Below are positions 11,314-24,809 of a stretch of 64,000 bases of DNA, piece by piece. Source of the DNA: Mobula hypostoma (taxonomy: Eukaryota). The notes below the pieces were generated by a model. It was not told the origin of the DNA. It was given only the letters and a program-made list of their open reading frames with translations, and did no database searches. The position numbers were made by a program, and so were the translations under genes. Location: the NCBI RefSeq assembly GCF_963921235.1, contig NC_086097.1, positions 213,406,001 to 213,470,000 on the forward strand. The letters are read 5' to 3'. The stretch's first letter is position 1. Each line of letters opens with the position of its first letter.

Positions 11314-12949
11314 AGTGAAAAGGCTGCATGGTTTGCAGAAGGGTATTGACAAAATGAGTGACAATTGACAAGTAAATAATAATTCAGGAAAATCAGAGCC
11401 AATGCACTTCAGGAAGAGTAGAAAATCTTTTTTTATGCAGTGAAAACTGGAAACTTCTTTTGTGGTAGAATCTTGATGTGTTCAGAAACCATGTAAATAA
11501 CCAAATACAATGAGCAATTAGGAATAAAGTTGGTATCTTGATCTTAATTGCAAAAGGCTGGAGAATAAATGGAGAGAATTCTTGCTAATTTTGTATAGAG
11601 ATTTGGTGAGGCCATATTTGAAAACTGTCTACACTCTTGGTTGCAGTACCTAAGTAAAGATACTTGGAGTTGCTGGAGTATAAATTCACATATATTTTTC
11701 TGATTTTGGGGGTTGGGGTTGTTCTCTTATGAAAAGAGGGAAAGTTTGAGGAAAAATTGGGGAACATTTGAGGACATATTGATAGGGAGATGCTAAGAAG
11801 AGTTTTCCTCAGGCAGTAGTCCAGAGCCAGGAAACGTATCTAATCCGTAAGACATTAAGAATGCCTTTCCTTGAAATTTAGGACTGGGATAAAGCAACAT
11901 TTTTAGGACTGGGATAAAGAAACATTCCTTTTGTAGTTTTGTACATCTTAGGAGTTCATTTTCACCAAAGGCTGTTTATGATGGTTTATTATGTAGATTC
12001 AAGTATGAGATCAATCGATGTTTTTTCCTCGTGAAGAGAATTGGGTTATGGGAGTTGGGCAGGAAATCCTGCTTGAATGGGATCTCCTTTTATTTTGATG
12101 TCAGACCTGATGAGCGGTGTGCCATGTCCCTATTTCTGTTAGTATGAAGCAATTTGTCAGTTATGTGCTAAAATTACTATGTCCCAATTGTGTGAAGATC
12201 TAAATTGTTAATAAGACTTCAAAAAATTGCAAAATAAGAGATTAGCAAGAGTGAATCAAAGTCTTGTGCTGAGGTAGTACAGTATACTGTGTTAATTATA
12301 AAGGGATGATTTCAAGGGATTTTATTAAAGCTCCAACTCTAATGTGTCAAAGAGAAAAAAATACTATTAAAGAATTTGGTAACACAGTTGTCAAGATAGT
12401 AGACTGAAAACACATAATCTGCACATTGTTTTCAAATTTCAACATTAAAACATAGCCTAAATTGGGCTATGTGAGTTTACTTATTGTTTTGCTGTGACAG
12501 AAATAGTGATCAGATTCGGGTGTGTGTCAACCTCCTGGCTGCAAATAGTTTTATAATTGAAACAGATTTTGCAATCTTCATCGTAGTTAAAAGTTCTCTA
12601 TTTTTTCTAGTACTGTCAGAGTAATTTGCAATTTGAACAAAATGCTAATGTTAATTTGTGCTGTTGTGCACAGAAATGTCCTTTAGTGTTTAGTGTACTG
12701 GAAGAGGCAATTGGTGAATTTGGGATTACCCATCCCAATTTATAGCAATATTCTGATTGATTCCCTATTTTTATGAAAAGCCTACAATTTTCCCTCTTGT
12801 GATGTCGGTGCAGACTGGAAATAATAGGTATATATTGTCTGATCTTAAACAGTTGTAATCTGTATATCAATATGGGACCAGTTGAAGAACAGGCTTGTTT
12901 TTGAATTAATATAAGAGAAACTTTAGACATAAAATTCTCATTGATACTG

Positions 12950-13425
12950 TATTCATTTATTCAGAGAACATTGTAAGCAGTTTTGGGCCTCTTTTCTAAG
13001 AAAGGATGTGCTGACATTGGAAAGGGTTCTAAGGAAGTTCATGAAAAAGATTCTGGGATTGAAAGGCTTATCATATGTTGAATGTTTGATGGCTTTGAGC
13101 CTGTGTTCACTGGAATTCAGAAGAATTGGGGGGGGGGAATATCTCATTGAAATCTATTGAATGGTGGAAGGCCTGATACAGTAGATTTGGAGAGGATGTT
13201 TCCTATGGTGGGGGAGTCTAAGACCGGAGAGTGGTGAATCTGTGGAATTGGTTGCCATAGGCAGCTGAGGGGGCCAAGTCATTGGGTTAAGTTGATGGAT
13301 TCTTGATTGGCCAGGATATGAAGGGATACGGGGGGAAAAGGCAGGAAATTGGGGTTGAGGGAAAGGGCGAAGCAGACTTGAAAGGCCAAATGGCCTAATT
13401 CTGCTCATATGTCTCATGGTCTTAA
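12950..13425 (+). mobile_element. CR1 LINE 3' fragment
   Basis: Degenerate QFWA/LERV RT C-terminus and the tail GGCCTAATTCTGCTC. Similar fragments at about 14800-15140, 28800-29300, 31330-31575 and 42340-42980. Confidence 0.7.
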
Positions 13426-16400
13426 TATTAGTTTTATATTTATTAATATGCCAATTGTAAGTTGATGCAAAATATGACATAAAATTGTGCAGGTAATTGA
13501 CAATTGAAATGGAGAAATATAATTTTCAATGCATTGTGTAAACTTGCATTACATGAAATTTATCAGATAATCCATCCACTTGACCTGCATGTCTGTACTT
13601 ATAGAAATGGAAAACAGAAAATGCAGTCAAGCAACATTTTCTGTTCATCAGATAATTGCATTGTGATAGCTAATGAAAACTTTAAAAAAGTTTTTGATGG
13701 AAACCAAATCATTGAGTGTTTATAATATTTTTCACCTAACTATTTGAGCATGTGCTGCTGTTTTTTCTTTGATTTTCTAGGTCCAACAAAAACTACTTGT
13801 AGTACAGTAAAGAAATTGCAAGGTTTACTTAGATCTCTTTGAGCTAAGCTAGCTTTGGCAAGTTGAATCCCTATAAGTGGTAGAATTTAGAGCATTCTCA
13901 GGGTAGTCCTTAGTCACAGGTGCTAAAAGATGATTATTAGAGGAAGGAATCGTGTTCATTTTGCAGATGGAGTTACTTTCTGTAGTAACATTAAAAACTT
14001 TGCAAAAGTATTCTTTAAGAATCTGTGACTACTACCTAACAGGAAATGGCAGTTTTAGGAGTGTGAATACTAAAGTTTGAAAAGACAGGAAATGCCAAAA
14101 TGGATTTTTTTTTTCAGAACTGTCTGTGTTGAAATCAAAGTTGTATGTAGTTGCTGTAACTTGAGGGAAAGTGATTATTCAGTTTACAATTTGATCCATG
14201 TACACTGCTTTTCTGCTACAGCACTGCAGGGAAGATGTTCAGGAATGGACCTGTCAATAACTCCTTACAGGCATACAAAGAAATATTTTGGAGTATTGAC
14301 ATTGAAAGTAGGGCTAGGAGAAATGAAAGAGTTTTAACATCTTAATTCTGTTCTTGTCCATGAATGTCTGTGAGGTTTTGATAGTATCCAGACTTGAAGT
14401 CAATGAGTAGAATGTTAGATGTGTCTGGGAACTGTTTATAGCGTGGAGCTGGATCTACTGCATTTTGTAGCTGCTCTTCATATAGGTAAAATCAAGCTTT
14501 CAAATGTTAAGAATTGTGCTTTTGTCCCTCCTATTGTATAGTTTTCTAATATTAGTAAAAGTTTACTACTTTTTCCAGTGATTTGACTGCTGATTTTAAT
14601 TTCTCACAAATGTATGATTGCATTAATATGCAGCATTTCCCGGTGAGCAACTTCTACTCACTTTCCCACACTATTCATTGAAGGTATAGTTACGGGACAA
14701 TAGCACAAATATCACACTACCAAAGTGGATGTTCTTTTTGGTGAACTTGCAGGTCAGCTAGAAAACAAAATGAAACTGGTCGCTTCATTACAACTGGTCC
14801 CACTTGATAGAAGTATAAAAAATTATCAGAGGCAAAGACATGATAGATAATTAGGATCTTATTCCCAGTGTGAAAATATCAAATAGTAGTGTTTATAGTT
14901 TTCAGGTGAGATAGAGAACACTTAAAGAAAATGACATGACATGTTATAATTTTACAAAGTGGTAAGTGCCTGGAATGCACTCGAGGGAAATAGTGGAATT
15001 GGATAGAACAGCAATGTTTGAGGTATTTGGACAGACACATGAACAGGCAGGGTACTGAGAGATAGATAATGAGCAGGCAGATGTGGAGTTTAAATTGGCA
15101 TCATTGGCACATGCATTATGGGCTGAAGGGGCTGTATGTTTTTCAAAGTATTCTTGAATAGTGGGGTGAAAATTTCTTGTATTTCCTCAGTAAATATGTT
15201 ATACAGTTATTCTTGTTCGCTTAGTAGTCATGATTGAAGATCTTGCTGTCTACCGGCTGTTTCATTTACCCAGTAGGTCATTAGGATAGCTTTTTTAATA
15301 TTTGGTTATCAGAGAGATTGTGGATCTTCAAAGCCTTTGTGTCTGATTCTCATTTTACAAATGTGACTCCAGGTGAAACCTATGGATTTGGCTGAAATTA
15401 CTGTGAAATGAATTGGCATTTCCTGGTCAAAATTTAATTGAAAGAAAACTGGAATGTGTTATTTCAGTACAAAAAGAAGTTTTATCTCCCAGAATTACCT
15501 TCCCACTTGAACTTAATGGTGACTGAAAAGAAAATGAAGTTTATTTGAACGTAGACATGAGGAAAATTTTATCCAGTCTGTTTGTGTTGGAAACTCATTT
15601 GATCATTTTATAAATTATACACCATATTCCCTTAATTCACTTCATGCTGTTAATCACTCTAAGGCACTGACTATAATGTAGAAATGCAGCAGCCATTTTG
15701 AAGACTGTTTCATTTGACCAACAATTCTCATAAATAACCATGTCATCTGCCTTTCATCAAGCCATTGAAGAAATTTCACCCTTCAAGTAGCATTAAAATG
15801 TCTTGGAAGTCTTAAAACCTTTTGGTCTATTTCATTTGAATACTTAATCTTAGTGATTTTTCTCAATTCCAGAATTCATCCATTTCCCCTTCCAATACTT
15901 CATATAGGTAAAAACACTAGGTGGCACTCTGCTCTATGTTGAATCTTAGATTAAAATTAGTTAAACTCTTTTGTTTAGCTAGTAATTTCCAGATTCTGTT
16001 AACCTGATATTATACTACAAGATACTACTTTTAGCAAAAGAAATAGTAGGAATATGTTCTAATATGTTCCTTAAGTTTTTTTTCAGTCTGTCCTAAAGGG
16101 AAAATGTAAAACTTAGAGTTCTCCTTGTTTTTGCTACCAATATCTGAAAAGTTAAGGTTAAGATGGTAGGTGGAAATAAAATCCCTAATCTTAATATTTG
16201 AATTTTCTGTCTGAGCTATAGATGTTCATCTTTTTGATAGTACGTGTCATTGTGCATTTTGAAATTACTCTGAAGTAGTGTGTCTCAATTTTATTAATTT
16301 AAATGGCTCCTGTTCCTTAGTGTATTTCATTATACATGATTGCTAAATTACTTGTGTTTATGAAGTACTTAGTTATTTGAAAGATATCTGCTTCAGTTTT

Positions 16401-17884
16401 ACCATGTGGATAGATTACTTAAGATTCTGTAAATGTTGAAACTGGAGTTCTGATGAGCGAGTCTTGCTTAGCTGATCAGTAATTACTGAGTATTTAACTA
16501 GCTAATGAGCTACTTTCTTTAATCTCAACACCTTTTGTTTCAGAAACAAATCAGTTTTGAGAAGTTTTGTTTCAAAATCAAGTTATGTTACATCTCAAAT
16601 ATTAATGCAATCTAACAGATCTAATAGTCATAACCTTTTTGAATAGAAATATTAATAAAAATATTTTGTAACCTATTTTGGAGTTATGGTATGAGCCATA
16701 CTATCACAAAGACTTGCCTGTAATACTGTTTGTCTTGAGCCCCACTTTATTTTATTTGTTCATTTGTAACTATCTAATGTTTGATCTTTGACTTTGTTCT
16801 ATACTTCATAAATATGTCACCCAAAGCTCTGTCTGTAACTTAATGCCTACAAGTTCTGCTAATATACCCACCCATGCCCGTTGATCCATACTGGTTCCAG
16901 GAGAAGCAACGTCTCACTTAGTTCTCACCCTTGTTTTCAGATTTCTCGGTCTTGACCCTCCCTATTGTTGTAATCTCCAATTGTAGAACAACTCTGATGC
17001 CACTGTTACTCTAAATCTGGTGGCTGTCTTTTCAACTGCCAAGACTTTAAGGGGTAGATAAATAATTATAGTAATTTGGGGTAACTGACTAATCTGTCAT
17101 TCATGTTGGCACACCAATTTAGAATATCCTGAAAAAGTAGAATAACACATCCATGCTTGTAGGTGATAAGAAGAAATTCCTTTCCTAACCACACTCCACC
17201 TCTTTTTATCTAGCATAACTTTCTGGAAGTACTTCAGGTAATTAATTCTGATATCTAATGCAGCTTGGTATGTCTTTGAGAACATTCCATGAAAGTACCA
17301 TGGGATGTTTTGCCACATTACAGGTGAATTCACAATCAAATTTGTGGTTTTGCTAACAGACTGACAGAAAGTTATCCCTCTCTAGTGTGTTGTATTTTTT
17401 TTTGATGCTGTCTTGATACAACTGGTGTATTCAGTTTGATCTTCCTGCATTTAACCATGTGGTTTTGTTACCCATTACTTTAACAAGTTCTTATACTTCT
17501 GTGCATCTGAGCCCACAATCACAGTTGCTGAAGTAAAATTTGTCTTCTAAAGAGTGAACCCAAGGAAAGCATCTAGCACAGATGTTGTCTCTGGCCCTGT
17601 CCTTTGATATGGTGCAGATCAGCTGATAGGGCTCTTTGCAAGCATTTTTAACGTCTCATTACTTCAGCTGAGGTTCCCACTCGCTTTAAGACCACCACTA
17701 TCATTCTGGTACTTAAGAAAAACAAGGTGACAAGATGCTGATCATGGCATGTGTTCACTTTAGCCTCCCAGAAAATTTTGACCCATTGCAATTTATGGCA
17801 AATGACATTGATCTGGCAGTCATCTCTGGAGTATCGGGGGTGGGGGGGGGGAAGATGCTTAATTCAAGCAAACGTATCTGCAAG

Positions 17885-20580
17885 CTCACACTTCCTTTTG
17901 CAACTGGATCTTTGACTTCCTGACCAACAGACTCCAGTCAGTAAGGATAGGCACAAATCCCTTCGACAACATTATTCTCAACAATAGTGCCCCACAAGGT
18001 TGTGCCCTCCATCCCCTACTCTACTCAGACTACACTCATAAATGCATGGCCAGATTCTGCTCTAATACCATCTACAAGCTTACAGATAATGCCACTGTAG
18101 TGGACCGTATCTCAAATAACAATGATTCAGAGTATAGGAAAAAGATAGAGCTGGTAACATGGTGTTAATGACAGTAACCTTTCCTTTAATGTCAACAAAA
18201 GAGCTAGTCCTTAACTTCAGGAAAGGGAGGGTATGCACATGCTCCTTTTCAATGGCGGTGACTTATAAGAATTGAGAGCTTCAAGTTCCTGGTGAACATC
18301 ACTGATATCTTGTCCTGATCCAACCACATTGACACCATGGTCAAGGAAGCTCATCAGTGTCTTTACCTCATCAGGAAGGGAAAGACATTTGGCATATCTC
18401 CTTTGACCTTCACCAATTTTTGTTGTTGCACCATAGACAGCATTCTGTCGGGGAGCGTCATGGCTTGATATGGCAGCTGCAAGAAACTGTAGAGGGTTGT
18501 GGACATAACTTGCGTATCATGCAAACCAGCCTCCCTTCTATGGTCACAAACAAGAAAATCTGCAGGTGCTGGAAATCCACGCAACACACACAAAATGCTG
18601 GAGGTACTCAGCAGGTTAGGCAGCATCTATGGACAAGAGTACAGTCGATATTTTAGTCCGAAACCATTCAGTAGAACTGGAGAACAAAAGATTTAAAACG
18701 TGGGGGAAGGGGAGGAAGAAACGGAAGGTGATGGGTGTAACTGGGACGTGGAGGGGTGAAGTAAAGAGCTGGGAAATTGATTGGTGAAAGAGATGCAGGG
18801 CTGGAGAAGGGGCAATCTAATAGGAGAGGACAGAAGGCCATGGGAAAAAGAAAAGAGCACCAGAGGGAGGTGATGGGCAGGCAAGGAGATAAGGTGAGAG
18901 AGGGGGAAAAGGAACTGAGAATGGTGAGGGGGAAGGGGCATAACCAGAAGTTCAAGAAATCAATGTTCATGCCATCAGGTTGGAGGCTACCCAGACAGAA
19001 TACAAGGTGTTGTTCCTCCAACCTGAGCGTGGCCTCATCACAACAGTAGAGGAGGTCATGGATTGACTTATCGGAATCGGAATGGGAAGTGGAATCAAAA
19101 TGGGTGGTCACTGGGAGATCCTGTTTCTCTAGCAGACGGAGCAAAGGTGCTCGTTGAAGCAGTCTCCCAATCTACATTGGGTCTCAGCAATATACAGGAG
19201 GCCACACCGGGAGCATTGGACACAGTATATGGTCCCAGCAGACCTACAGGTGAAGTGTTGCCTCACCTGGAAGGACTGTTTGTGTCCCTGAATGGTAGTG
19301 AGGGAAGAGGTGTAGGGGCAGTTGTAGCACTTGTTCCACTTGCAAGGATAAGTGCCATGGGAGAGATCAGAGCGGAGGAACAAATGGACAAGGGAGCTGC
19401 ATGGGAATATTCCCTACGGAAAACAAAAGGTGTGGGGGGAGGAAAGATGTGCTTGGTGGTGGCAAATGGACCTGGTAAATTTGAGGATAGGGTGGAACGT
19501 TGAGGCAAAGTTGATGAGCTCCACATGGGTGCAGGAAGCAGCAGCAATGCAGTTGTCAGTGTAGCGTAGGAAAAGTGGGGTATGGACACCAGTGTAGACT
19601 TGAAACGTGGACTGTTCCACTTAGCCGACAAAAATGTAGGCATAGCTGGGACCCATGCGAGTGACAATGGCTGCACCTTTTGTTTGAAGAAAGTGGGAGG
19701 AGCCAAAGGAGAAATAATTGAGATAGAGGACAAATTCTGCTAGATGGAGGAGAGTGGTTGTGGAGGGGAACGATATGAGTGGTGTCCAGAAAGAAATGGA
19801 GAGCCTTCCTGGTGGGGGATGGAGGTGTACAGGGACTGAACATCCATAGTGAAAATAAGATGATGGGGACCAGGGAATGAGAAATCATTCAAAAGATCCA
19901 CAAGTGTCATGGATGCAGATAGGAAGGACTGAACTAGGGTGATAAAACAGTCGAGGTATGCAGATATGAGTTCAGTGGGGCAGGAGCAAACTGAAATAAT
20001 GAGTCTACTGGACAAGTAGGTTTGTGGATCTTGGGGAGGAGGTAGAAACAGGAGGTGCAGGGCACAGGAGCTGAGGTTGGTGGCAATGTATGGGAGAACC
20101 CCAGGGCTAATAAGGTTAGTGATAGTGTGGGAGACAATGGCCTGGTGTTCCTTAGTGGGGTCTCTGTTTATGCTTCTCAGCGCCTTGGTAAAGTAGCCGG
20201 CATAATTAAAGATCCCTCTCACCCCACACATTGCTTTTTTCCCCTGCTACCACGGGGAAGAAGATTTTTTAAAAAAAAGCTTAAAAGCATGCACCTCCAA
20301 GCTCAAGGGCAGCTTCTGTTCTACTGTTAAGATGATTGAATGTTTTCTGTAATATGGTAAAATACATTCTTGACCATGCAATTTATCCCCTTATGACCTT
20401 CTACCTAATTGCCAACTTGCACTGCACTTTCTCTGTAACTAACAATTTATTCTGCATTTACTCTTTTTACCTGGTAGTACGTCAGTACACTATAATGTAT
20501 TGATCTGTGTGACTGTTATGCAAGACAGGCTTTCCACTGTACCTTAGTACATGTGACAATAATAAAATAAATTTTGCCAT
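17885..20580 (+). mobile_element. Rex1/Babar-type LINE 3' half, split by a Penelope insertion (parts about 17885-18545 and 20163-20580)
   Basis: CNWIFDFLTNR and APQGCAL.PLLYS remnants; the sequence resumes after 20162 with GIIKDPSHPTH; 3' UTR ends CATGTGACAATAATAAA. Confidence 0.7.
18545..20162 (-). mobile_element. Penelope-like retroelement, 5'-truncated and degenerate (RT plus GIY-YIG endonuclease)
   Basis: Minus-strand frames give FYLLPKIHK, TMDVQSLYTSIPH and FLRYTDNC (RT motifs), and PCKWNKCYNCPY...IYCVQCSRCGLLYIAETQCRLGDCFNEHL (Zn finger plus GIY-YIG). Confidence 0.88.
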
Positions 20581-20980
20581 TACCTGCAACTTCTGGACCA
20601 TGTGTTATGTTATTTCTTTGAAAATTCACTGATTTCCAATTCTCTTTCACTTTTACAAGTATGCACAGTCTAAATCATATGGAACATGACCCTGCCTTGT
20701 TTTAGGTAAATATGCAATTTGCTCTGTTGCATCATTTGATTGTAAAGAAGTAACATTGATTAATATAAATTGAGAATAGCAGGGAATGTGGGTTAGTAGT
20801 GTAACTTCCAGATTTTAATCAGACCAACAAGTGAAGAAGTTGAAAATCTACAGCTTTTTGTGAATCTTAATTGAAGGAATCTATTTCAATTTGCTGATTC
20901 AACTTGCGTATCTTGCATTAAAAGTTGTACTTTTCCATGTTTTGAAGATGAAAATCAGGTCTTGTAATTTCAGTAGTAGA

Positions 20981-23923
20981 AGGGAGGGACGTTTGCTCAG
21001 GTTATTGGGGGGAGTTTTAGCTAGAATTGCTGGGGGGTGGGAACCGAACTAAAGAGACGGAGGAAGGGACGGTTGGCTCACGAATAGAGAAAGCTTGGAG
21101 ATGGTGTGAGAAGGAAGATAGGCAGGTGATAGAGAAGGGATGTACTCAGACCGATGGTTTGAAGATGTGTCTATTTTAACGCAAGAAGCATCATGAACAA
21201 AGTGGATCAGCTAAGAGCATGGATCAGTACTTGGAGCTATCATATTGTGGCTATTACAGAGACTTGGATGGCTCAGGTTACTTCAAGTGCCAGGTTTTTG
21301 ATGTTTCAGAAGGGACAGGGAGGGAGGTAAAAGAGGTGGGGACGTGGCACTGTTGATCAGAGATAGTGTCACGGCTGCAGAAAAGTCAGAAGTTGTGGAG
21401 GGATTTGTCTACTGAGTCTCTGTGGGTGGAAGTTAGAAACAGGAAGGGGTCAATAACTAGGTGTTTTTTATAGACCACCCGACAATAGATTCTGGAAAGG
21501 TGTAATAATAACAGCGTTGTTGAGGTGGGAGATAGTAATTTTCCAAATATTGATTGGCATTTCCCCTAGAGCAAGGAGTTTAGATGGGGTAGAGTTTGTT
21601 AGGTGTGTTCAGGAAGGTTTCCTGACACAATATGTAGATAAGCCTACAAGAGGAGAGGCTGTACTTGATGTGGTATTGGGAAATGAACCTGGTCAGGTGT
21701 CTCAGTGAGAGAGCATTTTGGCGATAGTGATCACAATTCTATCTCCTTTACCTTAGCATTGGAGAGGGATAGGAACAGACAAGTTAGGAAAGCGTTTAAT
21801 TGGGGTAGGGGGAAATATGAAGCTCTCAGGCAGGAACTTGGAACCATAAATTAGGAACGGATGCTCTCCAGGAAATGTACGGCAGAAATGTGGCAAGTGT
21901 TCAGGAGATATTTGCGTGGTGTTCTACATAGGTACGTTCCAATGAGATGGAAAGGATGGTAGGGTACAGGATCCGTGGTGTACAAAGGCTGTTGAAAATC
22001 TAGTCAAGAAGAAAAGAAAAGCTTACGAAAGGTTCAAAAAACTAGGTAATGATAGAGATCTAGAAGATTATAAGGTTAGCAGGAAGGAGCTTAAGAATGA
22101 AATTAGGAGAGCCTGAAGGGGCCATGAGAAGTCCTTGGTGAGCAGGATTAAAGAAATCCACAAGGCATTCTACAAGTATGTGAAGAGCAAGAGGATGAGA
22201 CGTGAGAGAATAGGACCAATCAAGTGTGACAGTGGAAAAGTGCGTATGGAACTGGAGGAGATAACAGAGGTACTTAGTGAATACTTTGCTTCAGTATTCA
22301 CTACAGAAAAGGATCTTGGCGGTTGTAAGGATGATTTACAGTGGATTGAAAAGCTTGAGCATGTAGACATTAAGAAAGAGGATGTGTTGGAGCTTTTGGA
22401 AAGCATCAAGTTGAATAAGTCTCCGGGACCGGATGAGATGTACCCCAGGCTACTGTGGGAGGTGAGGGAGGAAATTGCCGAGCCTCTGGCAATGATCTTA
22501 GCATCATCTATGGGGACAGGAGAGGTTCAGGAGGATTGGAAGGTTGCAGATGTTGTTCCCTTGTTCAAGAAAGGGAGTAGAGATAGCACATGAAATTATA
22601 GGCCAGTGAGTCTTACTTCAGTGGTTGGTAAATTGATGGAGAAGATCCTGAGAGACAGGATTTATGAACATTTGGAGAGGCATAATATGATTAAGAATAG
22701 TCAGCATGGCTTTGTCAAAGGCAGGTTGTGCCTTAAGAACCTGATTGAATTTTTTGAGGATGTGACTAAACACATTGAAGGTAGAACAGTAGATGTAGTG
22801 TATATAGATTTCAGCAATGCATTTGATAAGGTACGCCATGCAAGGCTAATTGAGAAAGTAAGGAGGCATGGGATTCAAGGGAACCTTGCTTTGTGGATCC
22901 AGAATTGGCTTTGCCACAGAAAGCAAAGAGTGGTTGTAGACAGGTCATATTCTGCATGGAGGTTGGTGACCAGCAGTGTGCCTCAGGGATCTGTTCTGGG
23001 ACCCCTTCTTTTCGTGATTTTTATAAATAATATGAATGAAGAAGTGGAGGGATGGGTTAGTAAATTTGCTGATGACACAAAGGTTGGGGGTGTTGTGCAT
23101 AGTGTGGAGGGCTGTCAGAGGTTACAGTGGGACATTGATAGGATGCAGAACTGGGCTGAGAAGTGGCAGATGGAGTTCAACCCAGATAAGTGTGAGTTGG
23201 TTCATTTTGGTAGGTCAAATATGATGGCAGAATATAGTATTAATGCTGAGACTCTTGGCAGTGTGGAGGATCAGAGGGATCTTTGGGTCCGAGTCCATTG
23301 GACACTCAAAGCTGCTACTGTGGGATTGAGTTTTAAGAGCCGAGAGGTAATGTTACAGCTATATAGGACCCTGGTCAGACCCCACTTGGAGTACTGTGCT
23401 CAGTTCTGGTCACCTCACTACAGGAAGGATGTGGAAACTTTAGAAATGGTGCGGAGAAGATTTACAACGATGTTACCTGGGTTGGGTAGCATGCCTTATG
23501 AGAATAGGTTGAGTGAACTCGGCCTTTTTTCTTGGGAGCAGTGGAGGATTAGGGGTGACCTGATAGAGGTGTATAAGATGATGAGAGGCATTGATCACGT
23601 GGGTAGTCAGAGGCTTTTTCCTCAGGGCTAAAATGGCTAACACAAGAGGGCACAGTTTTAAGGTGCTTAGAAGTAGGTACAGAGGAGATATCAGGGGTAC
23701 GTTTTTTTAAGGAGAGAGTGGGGAGTGCATGGAATGGGCTGCCGGCGACAGTGATGGAGGCAGATGCAGTAGGGTCTTTTAAGAGACTCCTGGACAGGTA
23801 CATGAAGCTTAGAAAACTATAGGGCTATGGGTAACCCTTGGTAATTTCTAAAGTAAGTACATGTTTGGCACCGCATTGTGGGCTGAAGGGCCTGTATTGT
23901 GCTGTAGGTTTTGTATGTTTCTA
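20981..23923 (+). mobile_element. CR1 LINE, nearly full ORF2 (APE endonuclease plus RT), disrupted
   Basis: YFNARSI, IVAITETW and DSDH endonuclease motifs; KSPGPD, QHGFVKGR, PQGSVLGP and KFADD; stops, frameshifts and an internal deletion near 23315; CR1 3' tail. Confidence 0.92.
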
Positions 23924-24809
23924 GAAGGGTAAAATGCTGATTGAATGTTTAATTTACATTTGCCATTTCCCTTCTTTCCCAAAAGAATACTATAAATGTT
24001 ATATGATACCGTTGGAACTGCTTGATCTCTAAACATAACTGCCCTACAGCCATCTCAAGGCAAATTTCAACAGAGATATCCTTGATTTACTAGAATGCAT
24101 ATGGATGAAAGGAAAAGTGGAGGGCTGTGTAGGAGGTAAGGGTTAGATTGATCTTGGAGTAGGTTAAGAAGTCTGTACAACATCATGGGCCGGAGGCCCT
24201 GTACTGTGCTGTACTAATCTATATAAAGAGGAGCACAGGAAATCCAGCTCGCTACTGACCATGACAACAAACTCTTCAACAATGTCAAAGACTTCCATGA
24301 TCTAAATGTTTGAGTCTCTCCTGAGATTCAAGAACTGAGCAGTCATTTCGGGGTCAATAGGGCACACTTGTCAATAGGGTCAATAGTACACACTTGTTTT
24401 TGGAAGAAGTATTTCAAAGAACTCTTTTGGTTGTCTCTTTCCTCGAGTATCCTTGACTGCCCACCGGCAAAAAATCAGGTTCTGTCTTCCTACCAGCCTG
24501 GTATGACATGTAAGTAAAAAGGCTCTTGAAAAGTATCAGGGAAATAGTCTGACGACGCAAGTCCATCTGTAATTTTAAAAATTGGGCAAGATTAATTTCA
24601 GAAGATAATTTGTGATCTCCCATATCTAAGAAGAGCAGGAGATGTCAGGGGGCATGAGAGATGCTGTAATTGTGGCCATCTTCCTGAAATTATCATAGTA
24701 ACAGTAGAAGGGCCACCCACCAACTGCTGTAATATTGTTATCTCAAGGACCAAAGTGCCTGACGAATGCTGTATTCCATTTGCTACTTTCTCATTCTCCC
24801 ATTCTTAGT

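Noticed and set aside
11877..11926. 25-bp tandem duplication; similar short duplications at about 24350-24400 and 56675-56735
   Set aside because: Two copies only, no spacers; ordinary slippage, not CRISPR-like.
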